From contig JBAWAV010000538.1 of assembly GCA_049589475.1 (NCBI GenBank), forward strand, positions 1 through 62,609: a stretch of 62,609 nucleotides of DNA, given 5' to 3'. A model generated the notes under the pieces. That model was not told where the DNA came from. It made no database searches and worked only from the letters and a program-made list of their open reading frames with translations. Origin of the DNA: Mycobacterium sp. GTDB taxonomy: Bacteria; Actinomycetota; Actinomycetes; Mycobacteriales; Mycobacteriaceae. Made by a program: the position numbers and the translations under genes. Of this stretch, positions 23,153 to 31,872 are shown in pieces; positions within the stretch are counted from its first letter, which is position 1, and each line of letters starts with the position of its first letter.

Positions 23153-24304
23153 TTAGACCGGCCGCGTCAGCCAGAGGTAGTCGGTCGACCCGCCCGCGGC
23201 CGGACCCGCTGCGGTACCGGATTGCAGCACCAGATCGAATGCCTCAGAACGGATCCGGCGGTCGGTGTAGAGCAGGACGACGACTCCCGCGCTGAACGGG
23301 GCGGTGATGATCCGGCCGATGGCGGCGCCGACGGCCCCCACCGTTGCGGCGGCGATCTCCGGACCGCCGGTGAGGTGACCGAGGAAGTTGAACGGCGTGG
23401 CGATTGCGCCGGCGATCAAGGCCACCACCAGCCAGGTCAGTATCCGGATGCCGAGTACCCGCCAAAAGCTGTTGCGTACCAGGGCAAGTGACCTCGATAC
23501 CGAGTCGATCACCGGCAGACGCTCGAGCACTATCAGCACCGGTGCGAACGACAGCGCGGTGTACAGGTACACCACCGTTGCGACCGACATCAACACCAGC
23601 GGAAGGCCGATGATCACCGCGGCCGCAGGGTTGCCTGCGGCGGCGATCGCCCCGACAATCAGCCCGACGACGCCGGCCAGCAGCACCAGCCCGGCGCACT
23701 CCAGCGCCACCAGGCCGATCAGCGCGGGCAGGCGCCCGCGAAGCCTGGCCCACGTTTCGCCGGCACTGATCGTCGAGCCGAATATCGCGCGGCCGGCGAC
23801 GACCGTGAGCATGCCGGTCAACAGGACCCCGGCCAGCCAGCCGACCACGCCGGTGAGCGCCGCCGAGAGCATCCAGGCACCGACATCGGCGCCGGTGAGT
23901 TCGTCGGACGGGGCGGTGGTCATGCGGTTGGCTGCCGCCAGCGGTCCGATGGCGGCAGCCAACGTGATGATCTGGGTGATGACGACGATGACGGCGGTCA
24001 GACCCAGCGTGGCTTTCGGGTTGGCCCGAATGTAGACGGCTGCGCCGTTGAAGATGTCGCTGAGGCTCAACGGCCGCAGCGGGATGATGCCCGGCGCGAA
24101 AGTCGGGCGAACCGGTGGCCGCGGCACGCCGTAGCCGGGTTGCGGCGGGTACTGCGGGTAGCTCGGGTACGGATAGGCATATCCGGGGCCCGGGTAGCCG
24201 GGCGGGGGATATGCGGCCGGCGGTGGATACGCGGGTGGGCCGTAACCGGGTGGCGGGTAGCCCCACACTGGGTAGTCCGGGTAGTCAGACGGCGGCGTGC
24301 TCAC
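23153..24304 (-). CDS. polytopic membrane protein with Pro/Tyr-rich N-terminus (Rv3689-like)
   Basis: PGIIPLRPLSLSDIFNGA, LLYTDRRIRSEAFD. Confidence 0.88.
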   Translation of the reverse strand: MSTPPSDYPDYPVWGYPPPGYGPPAYPPPAAYPPPGYPGPGYAYPYPSYPQYPPQPGYGVPRPPVRPTFAPGIIPLRPLSLSDIFNGAAVYIRANPKATLGLTAVIVVITQIITLAAAIGPLAAANRMTTAPSDELTGADVGAWMLSAALTGVVGWLAGVLLTGMLTVVAGRAIFGSTISAGETWARLRGRLPALIGLVALECAGLVLLAGVVGLIVGAIAAAGNPAAAVIIGLPLVLMSVATVVYLYTALSFAPVLIVLERLPVIDSVSRSLALVRNSFWRVLGIRILTWLVVALIAGAIATPFNFLGHLTGGPEIAAATVGAVGAAIGRIITAPFSAGVVVLLYTDRRIRSEAFDLVLQSGTAAGPAAGGSTDYLWLTRPV

Positions 24305-24433
24305 CGGGTGGGGCCATCGTCGCCGGCGGGGAACATGGCTTCCATACTGTCGAGCACCGGGGCATTTCTCAACGTGCCGCGGTGTTTACGGGCTTTGGCC
24401 TCTGACCGCGGGCCGGCGCGTAGCGTCTCACCC

Positions 24434-24898
24434 ATGGCGGAACTGAAGTCCCGGTTGCGGGCAGACCTGACCGATGCGATGAAGTCGAGGGACAAGCTGC
24501 GCACCAACACGCTGCGGATGCTGCTGGCTGCGATCCAGACCGAGGAGGTCTCCGGCAAGGCGGCGCGCGAGCTCTCCGACGACGACGTGCTCAAGGTGCT
24601 GGCCAAGGAGGCCAGAAAGCGTAGTGAGGCCGCCGAGATCTACACCCAGAACGGCCGGGGAGAGCTGGCGGCCGAGGAACACGCCGAAGCGCGGGTGATC
24701 GACGAGTACCTGCCGACTCCGCTCACCGAGGCCGAGGTCGCCGACGTCGTCGACACCGCGATCGCGCAGGTGGCCGAGGAGTTGGGTGAGCGTCCGGGCA
24801 TGAAGCAGATGGGCCAGGTGATGAAGGCGGCCACCGCGATAGCGGCGGGCAAGGCCGACGGGTCGCGGCTGTCAGCGGCGGTCAAGGCCCGGCTCTAG
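24434..24898 (+). CDS. GatB/YqeY-domain protein (Rv3688c-like)
   Basis: MAELKSRLRADLTDAMK..., MKQMGQVMK. Confidence 0.93.
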   Translation: MAELKSRLRADLTDAMKSRDKLRTNTLRMLLAAIQTEEVSGKAARELSDDDVLKVLAKEARKRSEAAEIYTQNGRGELAAEEHAEARVIDEYLPTPLTEAEVADVVDTAIAQVAEELGERPGMKQMGQVMKAATAIAAGKADGSRLSAAVKARL

Positions 24899-24899
24899 C

Positions 24900-24926
24900 G
24901 GTTTCGCGGACTTGCTTTTTGGGCAT
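24900..24926 (+). promoter_or_regulatory. SigF-type promoter for methyltransferase-CDGSH genes
   Basis: GGTTT-N16-GGGCAT matches mycobacterial SigF consensus. Confidence 0.65.
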
Positions 24927-24979
24927 TAAAGAGCTGAGGGCCGTGACCGCCACGGTGATCATGGGCTCGGAAGGTCGAC

Positions 24980-25675
24980 GTGACGATCGCATACACCCCA
25001 CCGTCGGCTTCGCTGAACGTCGACGGTGTTTATCCACCGCAACATGATTCGATGTTGTTGATCGAAACGCTGGAGCGGACCGAACTGGCCGTGGGGCGGC
25101 GGGTGTTGGATCTTTGTACCGGAAGCGGCGTTGTCGCGATCGCCGCAGCCGCAATGGGGGCGGCCAGCGTGACGGCGTTCGACATCTGCCCGCACGCGGT
25201 TCGGTGTTCGCGCGGAAATGCCGTCGGCGCCGGTTTCCACGTCGATGTGCGCGAAGGGTCGTGGACAGGTGCCCTGGACCACGACCCGTTCGACCTCGTC
25301 GTGTCCAATCCACCTTACGTACCAACGCCATCGGGCGGGGGTGGCGTGGTGTCGATCCCTCGGTCCGCGGGCCCGGCGTGGGCGTGGAATGCGGGTCTCG
25401 ACGGCCGCACGGTGCTGGATCCGCTGTGCACGTCGGCGGCAGGATTGTTAGCCGACGGCGGCTCGCTGCTGATGGTGCACTCGGCACTCGCCGGCGTCGA
25501 GAGGTCGGTGAATCTCCTGCGGTCGAGCGGCCTGAATGCGCATGTCGTTGCCTCGCAGTGGATTCCCTTCGGGCCAGTCTTATCGGCTCGGGCTGATTGG
25601 CTGGAGCTCACCGGACAGATCGAGCCGGGTTGTCGCACAGAGAAATTGGTAGTCATCCGGGCGGACAAGCCGTGA
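24980..25675 (+). CDS. HemK2/MTQ2-family SAM-dependent methyltransferase
   Basis: VYPPQHDS, VLDLCTGSG, SNPPYVP, AWNAGLDGR. Confidence 0.88.
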   Translation: MTIAYTPPSASLNVDGVYPPQHDSMLLIETLERTELAVGRRVLDLCTGSGVVAIAAAAMGAASVTAFDICPHAVRCSRGNAVGAGFHVDVREGSWTGALDHDPFDLVVSNPPYVPTPSGGGGVVSIPRSAGPAWAWNAGLDGRTVLDPLCTSAAGLLADGGSLLMVHSALAGVERSVNLLRSSGLNAHVVASQWIPFGPVLSARADWLELTGQIEPGCRTEKLVVIRADKP

Positions 25676-25917
25676 CCGGCCGGACCCGGGTACAGGTGAT
25701 ACCCAATGGCCCCATCTTGATATCGGGGCCGGTGCGAATCGAGACACCCGGGGGCGCCGTTGTCGAATCCGACCGGTTCATGGTGGCCGTCTGTACCTGC
25801 CGGCGCAGCAAGAACTATCCGATGTGCGACACCAGTCACCGACGGTGTCGTCCTGTCCGCGGCCGCTTGGCTGACGAGGCTGCGGGCCAACAGGATTCAG
25901 CCGAGCGGTCGTCGTAA
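25672..25917 (+). CDS. CDGSH-type iron-sulfur domain protein
   Basis: GTGA overlap; NGPILISGP, CTCRRSKNYPMCDTSH. Confidence 0.88.
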   Translation: MTGRTRVQVIPNGPILISGPVRIETPGGAVVESDRFMVAVCTCRRSKNYPMCDTSHRRCRPVRGRLADEAAGQQDSAERSS

Positions 25918-26916
25918 CGACGTCTTGCCGGCCTTCCATGACGCCATGATCGTATCGGCAAGACGGTCTTCGACCACAGCGTGAGCGCGGATGCCGAACA
26001 CCACATCGCGGTCCAGGTGGGGCTCTCGCCTGACCAGATCTGTGACCACGTCGTTGCGCACCACCTGCTCGTGCACCGCGTCCGCCTCGACGTGCTCACG
26101 GTAGAACGCAACACATTCCGACGGCGCGGCCAGTCGTTGCAACGCCTCGACCAGTCGGCGCGATCCCGGCGACGAGGTGATCTCCGTCGACGCGAAATGC
26201 CCTACGGCGGCACCGCGGAACTGGCGATGCAAACCGAACAGTGACATCACATTGACCACCGCCAATGTCTCGGCGGGAACGACTTCCAGGTACGCCAGAT
26301 ACGTCGCATCCAGACCGGCGGCGGTCAAGAGGTCCGCGAAAAGCTGCTGATGAACGTTGGGGCCGTGTCCGGCGCCGTACTCGTCGAACTCGACCGCGAC
26401 GAACGACGCTTTGGCCTGCCCGACCAACCGGGGGATGGCCCAGGCGTGCGGGTCGCCCTCTTTGAGGTGATAGAGCGAGCGGTGTACGAAGTACTCGCGC
26501 ATCTGGTCCCATGTGCCGTTGTCGCGGAGCCAGTACGATGGCCCGGCTCCGTCACCGGATTCGATTGAGAGGCCGTCCATTTCGGCTTCCGCAGTGTCGC
26601 CTGGTTCGATGGGGCCCACATCGCGGCGCACCGCCGCTAAAAAAGTGCGCTCCATTTTCGCACGCAAGTGCAGTAGTCCGGGATTCCACTCCCAGGCGGG
26701 GTCGACGCCGGCAAACCCGCGGTAGTGCAGCTCGTAGCACATATAGAGGGCGACCTGCAGATCCAGGCCGTACGGATCGGAGTCCAGCACCGAACCGTCG
26801 ATGCGGTTCAGGTGATCGCGGGGCGCCGATTCGGTGAGACTGCGTCGAACAGCCATCGACAGCGGCCCGTGCGCTGCGGGCAGCCGTGGTTCGATCGTCG
26901 TTCCTACGTGAGTCAC
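25897..26916 (-). CDS. iron-containing redox enzyme (heme-oxygenase-like diiron oxidase family)
   Basis: LYHLKEGDPH, EFDEYG..H..LF, FYREHVEADAVHE. Confidence 0.85.
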   Translation of the reverse strand: MTHVGTTIEPRLPAAHGPLSMAVRRSLTESAPRDHLNRIDGSVLDSDPYGLDLQVALYMCYELHYRGFAGVDPAWEWNPGLLHLRAKMERTFLAAVRRDVGPIEPGDTAEAEMDGLSIESGDGAGPSYWLRDNGTWDQMREYFVHRSLYHLKEGDPHAWAIPRLVGQAKASFVAVEFDEYGAGHGPNVHQQLFADLLTAAGLDATYLAYLEVVPAETLAVVNVMSLFGLHRQFRGAAVGHFASTEITSSPGSRRLVEALQRLAAPSECVAFYREHVEADAVHEQVVRNDVVTDLVRREPHLDRDVVFGIRAHAVVEDRLADTIMASWKAGKTSLRRPLG

Positions 26917-26924
26917 GTGGGTGT

Positions 26925-26951
26925 GTACCCGCGAGTCCGCACTCGTCAAAC
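26925..26951 (-). promoter_or_regulatory. SigF-type promoter for the redox enzyme gene
   Basis: Minus strand GTTT-N17-GGGTAC, 8 nt before GTG 26916 (leaderless geometry). Confidence 0.65.
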
Positions 26952-27755
26952 GGGCCAGTCGCACCCGGTCAGCTCGACCGAGACGTCCCACAGCCGACGG
27001 GCCATCGCGGCATCGCGGGCTTTCTTGCGCGGCCTGGTCGGCTTCGGCGCACCCCACTGGTTGAAGCGCGGTGCCAGATAGCTACCGGCCGGCAACTCGG
27101 TGGTGACCGCCTGAATGCTCGCCCGCGCACCGGTGGCTGCGCTGTGCGCCGGAAATCGGCGGAAGGTGTGGTCACGTATCCAGGGCACGACGCCGGTGGC
27201 TTCTCTGGTGATGTCGGTGTCCGTCGCACCCGGATCGGTCATGTATGCCCGCATGCCGCGGCGGACCAGCTCCAGATTGAACAGCATGACGGCCAGTTTG
27301 GATTCGCCGTAAGCCGCCCACTTCGAGTACGTGCGGTCGTGCCAATTCAGGTCATCGATATGCAGGCGGCTCAGCGCGTAGGCCGCGCTGACGACCGAGA
27401 TCACCCGATCCCGAATCCGGTCGCCGAGCAGGCATGTCAGCGCGAAGTGTCCGAGGTAGTTGGTGCCCATGTGCGCCTCGAAGCCATCGGCCGTGCGGGT
27501 CAGCGGCAAGCCCAGGACGCCGGCATTGTTGATCAGTACGTCGACGCCGTTCACTGAGTCAGCGAACTTGCGCACGCTGGTCAGATCGGCGAGATCGAGG
27601 TAGGCGACTGTCACGTCGCCGGACATGGCGGCGGCGGCCCGCTCAGCTTTCGGAATCGTGCGACAAGCGATCACGACGCGATGGCCGGCGGCCGCCAGTG
27701 CAGCGGCGGTCGCTTCCCCGACACCGCTGTTGCCGCCCGTGACGATGATGTCCAC
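26946..27755 (-). CDS. short-chain dehydrogenase/reductase
   Basis: VTGGNSGVG, LINNAG, TNYLGHF, YGESK; GTG start 27755. Confidence 0.9.
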   Translation of the reverse strand: MDIIVTGGNSGVGEATAAALAAAGHRVVIACRTIPKAERAAAAMSGDVTVAYLDLADLTSVRKFADSVNGVDVLINNAGVLGLPLTRTADGFEAHMGTNYLGHFALTCLLGDRIRDRVISVVSAAYALSRLHIDDLNWHDRTYSKWAAYGESKLAVMLFNLELVRRGMRAYMTDPGATDTDITREATGVVPWIRDHTFRRFPAHSAATGARASIQAVTTELPAGSYLAPRFNQWGAPKPTRPRKKARDAAMARRLWDVSVELTGCDWPV

Positions 27756-28126
27756 CCGGCGATCATCTGATGTTTCGGGCAGTCGCGCAGCGGCTTTTTG
27801 GGCTAAGCGACCGATCGAGCGCGAAGCGCTGAGCCGGCGAGGCCGACGACCAGTCGCTGTGTGCACATAACGGTCAGCTTCACGTGCGTCAGCGAACGCA
27901 TACAACAGGATGTCCCGTCGGTAGGACGCTTCGCGAGAAGCCATGCGTGCGCAGTTCAGGGCCCAGGGATCGGCGACAAGTAAGGCGGTTGACCGTACCC
28001 GAGGCGCATGGATTCCGACGATGAGCAAATCTTTCTGCATTTTGGACGCTTCAAGATCACGCTCGTAGTACGCTTCCCGAATTCGGAAGCTGTTGCACGT
28101 GAGTAGCACAACAGTAGGGGGCTCAC

Positions 28127-28906
28127 ATGGTCATTCAACGTCGTCTTCTGTCAGCGGTTGCGGCCGCCGCGGGAGGTCTTGCCGCCGCCGCATTTTTCCC
28201 GAGCGCCTTCGCCCACGCGGATGGCTGCAACCTCGGCGAGTGCACATTGGTGTCCGGCGGACACCCGACCGACGTGAACTACTCGGGGTTTCGGCCGTTC
28301 TTCGCGGACTGGAAAGACACCCAACCGGTCAACGTTGACGTGACCCAGGGTGGCGTAACGACGATCGCGGGGAGCTACGACGTCAACGAGCAGGACTACG
28401 AGAACCAACTGCTCGACCAGGCGATCTACAAATTCGGCAACTTCACCCCGTCCGCGGACAACATCACCGGCATCAACTCAGACAACTTGGCCGGGACGAC
28501 GGTGTACGACTTCTGGACCGGGCCATTCGGCACAAACGCCGCGGGCGACCCGACCTATCACTTCAACAATCTGAACGTCTTCTACGGCAACGGTGCGCAC
28601 ACCGAGATCACCACCGTGTCAGGCCAATACACGAACTTCCTGATCGGCGATGGACATGCCACGGGGGACTGGATCCTCGAGGCGGGCCAGACAACTCCGC
28701 GCCTGATATGGGATTCGCTGCCCAGCTCGGAATTCCCTTCTACGTACATCGCCGACCTGTTGCCGAACGTCCTGCCCCCGGATGAGTGGTTCCCCTTCGG
28801 TAACGCCGACTTGGGCGCTTCCGGGGCGGCCAGCATTGTCGCTGAACTAGGCAACCTGCTCGATCCTGGTGCTGCCGCGGACGCAGCGAGCAGCCTGATT
28901 CCCTGA
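28127..28906 (+). CDS. secreted hypothetical protein
   Basis: AGGGGG RBS; signal peptide ending AHA-DG; GC-biased third positions. Confidence 0.82.
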   Translation: MVIQRRLLSAVAAAAGGLAAAAFFPSAFAHADGCNLGECTLVSGGHPTDVNYSGFRPFFADWKDTQPVNVDVTQGGVTTIAGSYDVNEQDYENQLLDQAIYKFGNFTPSADNITGINSDNLAGTTVYDFWTGPFGTNAAGDPTYHFNNLNVFYGNGAHTEITTVSGQYTNFLIGDGHATGDWILEAGQTTPRLIWDSLPSSEFPSTYIADLLPNVLPPDEWFPFGNADLGASGAASIVAELGNLLDPGAAADAASSLIP

Positions 28907-28988
28907 TCGGATTTCGCGGCTGTTGCAGGGCTGCAATCGGGACTAAAATTTTGGCGCCGATGTCGGTTAGTCCTTGAAGGAAACAGCC

Positions 28989-29681
28989 ATGAAAATCGTG
29001 GTGATTGGCGGCTCGGGCGTACTCGGGTCGAAAGTCGTGCAAAGGCTCAACGACCACGGGCATGAGGCGGTGCCGGCGTCGCCGAGATCCGGCGTCAACT
29101 CAGTCACCGGCGAAGGTCTCCTGGAAGCCCTGTCCGGTGCCGACGTCGTCGTCGACGTCTCGAACGCGCCGTCGTTCGACGACGACCCGGTGATGGCCTT
29201 CTTCACCAACTCGACGATGAGCTTGATCGTCGCGGCCAAGGCCTCGGCAATCCGCCACTACGTCGCGGTGTCGATCGTGGGCTGCGATCAGTTACCGGAA
29301 AGCGGCTACATGCGGGCGAAGGTCGCGCAAGAGAAGCTTATCGAGCAGGCGACGATTCCCTACACGATCGTGCGCGCAACCCAGTTCGTGGAATTCACCG
29401 ATGCGATCACGGCGTCGCTGACGGTCGGCGACGAGGTGCGGGTGCCAGACGCGCTGATTCAGCCCATCGCAACCCAGGACCTTGCCGACGAGGTCGCCCG
29501 GGTGGCCGAGACTGCGCCGCTGAACGGCATCGACAACATCGGCGGGCCGGAGAAGATCTCGTTCGAGCAGATGGCGAGCGATGCCCTGGCCAGGCAGGGC
29601 GAATCGAAGGCCGTCGTGGTGGATCCGCAGGCCACCTACTTCGGCACGCCGCTGTCGTCGAACAGCCTGGTGGTCACGTAA
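28989..29681 (+). CDS. NAD(P)-binding atypical SDR / NmrA-like protein
   Basis: MKIVVIGGSGVLG, GYMRAKVAQE, IVRATQF; AAGGA RBS. Confidence 0.9.
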   Translation: MKIVVIGGSGVLGSKVVQRLNDHGHEAVPASPRSGVNSVTGEGLLEALSGADVVVDVSNAPSFDDDPVMAFFTNSTMSLIVAAKASAIRHYVAVSIVGCDQLPESGYMRAKVAQEKLIEQATIPYTIVRATQFVEFTDAITASLTVGDEVRVPDALIQPIATQDLADEVARVAETAPLNGIDNIGGPEKISFEQMASDALARQGESKAVVVDPQATYFGTPLSSNSLVVT

Positions 29682-29727
29682 CTTACGACACCAGCCTGAC
29701 GGCCGGAATTTCGAACTGCTGCAACAT

Positions 29728-29773
29728 GAGTCGGGGTGGCGGGATTCGAACCCACGACCTCTTCGTCCCGAAC
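29728..29773. repeat. att site: 46-bp duplication of the tRNA-Pro 3' half
   Basis: gagtcggggtggcgggattcgaacccacgacctcttcgtcccgaac identical to 33165-33210. Confidence 0.95.
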
Positions 29774-29877
29774 TCTGCGTACTGGGCGTTTGTGATTGTT
29801 GGCTTTGTTGGTTGCGTTAAGTACTGGCAGGTCAAGAGGTTGGCGACGTTGGCCGTCCATGGGGGTCGGTGGGGCTT

Positions 29878-29896
29878 CTGCGGACGCGCTGCGGAC
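29878..29896. repeat. paired CTGCGGAC repeat, putative integrase arm-type sites (left)
   Basis: ctgcggac-gcg-ctgcggac; same arrangement at 33086-33104. Confidence 0.65.
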
Positions 29897-30030
29897 GGAA
29901 TGCTCACGAAGATTCTCCGGAGAGAGCGGGCGCTAGGCTGTCCAAGGCGGGTATTGGTCGCTTAAGGGGTCACCCCCCACCCGTCGCGCCCCTCGCGAGC
30001 GGAGCCCGTTGTCGTTGGTTCCGTTGCCCG

Positions 30031-30696
30031 TCAATCCAGCGCGTTGATGTCAGCGATTCCAGTGCATGTTGGACCGACGGGCGTGGCATCTTCAAAACCC
30101 CACCGCAAGGCGCGCGCTATAGAGGTAACCCACATACGTTCGCGTGCGCCGTCGTGTTGCCGCTTGATCCAGGAGGGATGCGGTGCAAACAGAAGGTAAG
30201 GCGCGCGCGAGCGCCTGCCACGTGGAGTGCCGAAAGGCCACGGCGAGACGCGGGCTGAAGGGTAGAAGAACTCCAGAACACGTTTGGCATCTTCCCCCAA
30301 GCCGATAACGAGTCGTGGACGGACGATCTCAAGCTCGCGGTGCAGATATGGGGAGCAATTCACGATCTCATGGTCATGTGATTTGCGATTGCCGCGCGGG
30401 TGACAATGCACCGCATTGCTTATAAAGGTTTCGGCCTTGGCGTGGCCCGCGAGTTTCAGGCTCTCGTCGAGTAAGACTCCGCTGCCCTCGTAGAAGGGCT
30501 CTTGCGGCTTCATGCACTGCTCGCAAAGGCTTTGACCCACGATCACGACCGGCGAGTACAAAGAGCCCCAGCCCGGTGCAGCCTGTGTCACGCCTTCCTC
30601 GTTCATGTCGTCGCAACGGCTGCAACCCCTGATCTCGTCGTCGAGCAAGCTCTTTCGGTATTCACGCGATTCGCCGGTGCGTACATCTTTCGTCAT
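30031..30696 (-). CDS. uracil-DNA glycosylase superfamily protein (family-4-like, Cys-rich)
   Basis: CSRC, PGWG, VVIVGQS, NAVHCHP..NR, C..YL..EL..VRPRLVIGLG, HPS; GGAGG RBS. Confidence 0.85.
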   Translation of the reverse strand: MTKDVRTGESREYRKSLLDDEIRGCSRCDDMNEEGVTQAAPGWGSLYSPVVIVGQSLCEQCMKPQEPFYEGSGVLLDESLKLAGHAKAETFISNAVHCHPRGNRKSHDHEIVNCSPYLHRELEIVRPRLVIGLGEDAKRVLEFFYPSARVSPWPFGTPRGRRSRAPYLLFAPHPSWIKRQHDGARERMWVTSIARALRWGFEDATPVGPTCTGIADINALD

Positions 30697-30844
30697 CCGG
30701 TTACCTCCAATTCGGCCTGCGTGAACACCCGATACACGGTCGCGCACCAGACTCCGAGCATAGGGCCGATCACCGACACCGGTTCTCGGCCACGCGCATC
30801 TGACACGCCGGCGATTCCGCGGCATCTATGGTGGCTGGGTCCGG

Positions 30845-31555
30845 CTAAAGCGGCTCCCGGGTGACGATCCAGCCCTCCTCTTCTAGGGCTGCTTTCGCAA
30901 GCTCTTGATTCCGTCGAACTGCCGCCTTCAATTGCAGTTCTTGGAACGGGCGCCGCGTCTTGTTCAGCGCGTCCTGCCACTGGGGCCGAGCTTCGACCAG
31001 TTCCTCTACGACCAGGAGTTCGATGACGTCCTCGAGTGATGGCCGGAATCGTCGTCCCCCTCGGGGGCCAACTGGAAGATGCATCTTCGACAGCATCAAC
31101 TCGTCGCCCGTCACCCGCTGACCGGCCGCGTCCCAGTGATCGGATGTGGCGCAGACTTGGAGGTGAGCCTCGGGATAGCCCTTGCCTTGCGCCGGTTTGT
31201 CGCGTTCGTAGTCGTAGTGAAGTAGTTCCTTCGAGAGATCGGCATCGAGAGCGAGTATCGCCATAGACTCGGTAACCATCGTGAACCGCTTGTCGTCGTC
31301 AGCCCGCAAATGCATGAAGAAGCCGAGGAAGAATCGGGCGCGCTTGCTTGAAATGGTGAGAGGGATGCCCGTCGTGAGGTCCTGGTCTTGCGGTGAAATG
31401 TTGTAGCCGATGTTCATCGCACTGGCGACTCCTGTGGTTCCCTCATCACGGATGACAGCCTTCAACCTGATGCCGTTGCATACCGAATTGTTGAGCATTT
31501 CACTCAAGGAACTTGCAAGTTGCAAAGCCTCCCAATGGAGGTTGAGCCCAGGCAA
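30845..31555 (-). CDS. hypothetical protein, candidate toxin/effector
   Basis: 236-aa ORF starting 3 nt after upstream stop; LHYDYER, YPEAHLQ, HLPVG..RRFRPSLED. Confidence 0.75.
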   Translation of the reverse strand: MPGLNLHWEALQLASSLSEMLNNSVCNGIRLKAVIRDEGTTGVASAMNIGYNISPQDQDLTTGIPLTISSKRARFFLGFFMHLRADDDKRFTMVTESMAILALDADLSKELLHYDYERDKPAQGKGYPEAHLQVCATSDHWDAAGQRVTGDELMLSKMHLPVGPRGGRRFRPSLEDVIELLVVEELVEARPQWQDALNKTRRPFQELQLKAAVRRNQELAKAALEEEGWIVTREPL

Positions 31556-31558
31556 CGA

Positions 31559-31759
31559 TTACAGGTTCACGCCGTAGAGGTCGCCAATAGCCATCCAGGC
31601 GAGGCGTGCCCTTGTAGAGGAGTAATGGCCCGACCTTGCCTGTTCTGCTAGCTCGTCAAAACTGCAGCCAGCACGCTTGAGCGCATTAGAAATCGCGGCC
31701 TTTACGTCTTCCTCGTCCGCAACCTGCACCTGCGCCTCTGGATCTGCGACTGCTGTCAT
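31559..31759 (-). CDS. small hypothetical protein, candidate antitoxin
   Basis: 66 aa from ATG 31759 after AGGGGTGA; directly upstream of 30845..31555. Confidence 0.7.
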   Translation of the reverse strand: MTAVADPEAQVQVADEEDVKAAISNALKRAGCSFDELAEQARSGHYSSTRARLAWMAIGDLYGVNL

Positions 31760-31821
31760 GCCTTGCTCACCCCTTAGCGCGCTCTTGACCACATCCGGCA
31801 CTGTAAACGCGACCACTGACA

Positions 31822-31853
31822 AGTATGCCTGTCAGGTGTCGTGACAGCATACT
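31822..31853. promoter_or_regulatory. inverted repeat, putative operator/promoter of the cargo pair
   Basis: AGTATGC-c-TGTCA...TGACA-GCATACT; contains -10-like hexamers on the minus strand. Confidence 0.55.
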
Positions 31854-31872
31854 CTCGGTCGAAAATCCCTGG

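Noticed and set aside
24120..24290. Repetitive gggta/ccggg pattern
   Set aside because: Encodes the Pro/Tyr/Gly-rich N-terminus of the Rv3689-like protein
29728..29773. Second tRNA-Pro gene
   Set aside because: Only the 3' half is present; no D-arm or 5' acceptor strand, so it is an att duplication
29726..30258. ORFs 29726..29965 and 29869..30258 as standalone genes
   Set aside because: Overlap the att arm and the UDG gene, lack a convincing RBS and motifs; only relevant as the hypothetical excised integrase tail
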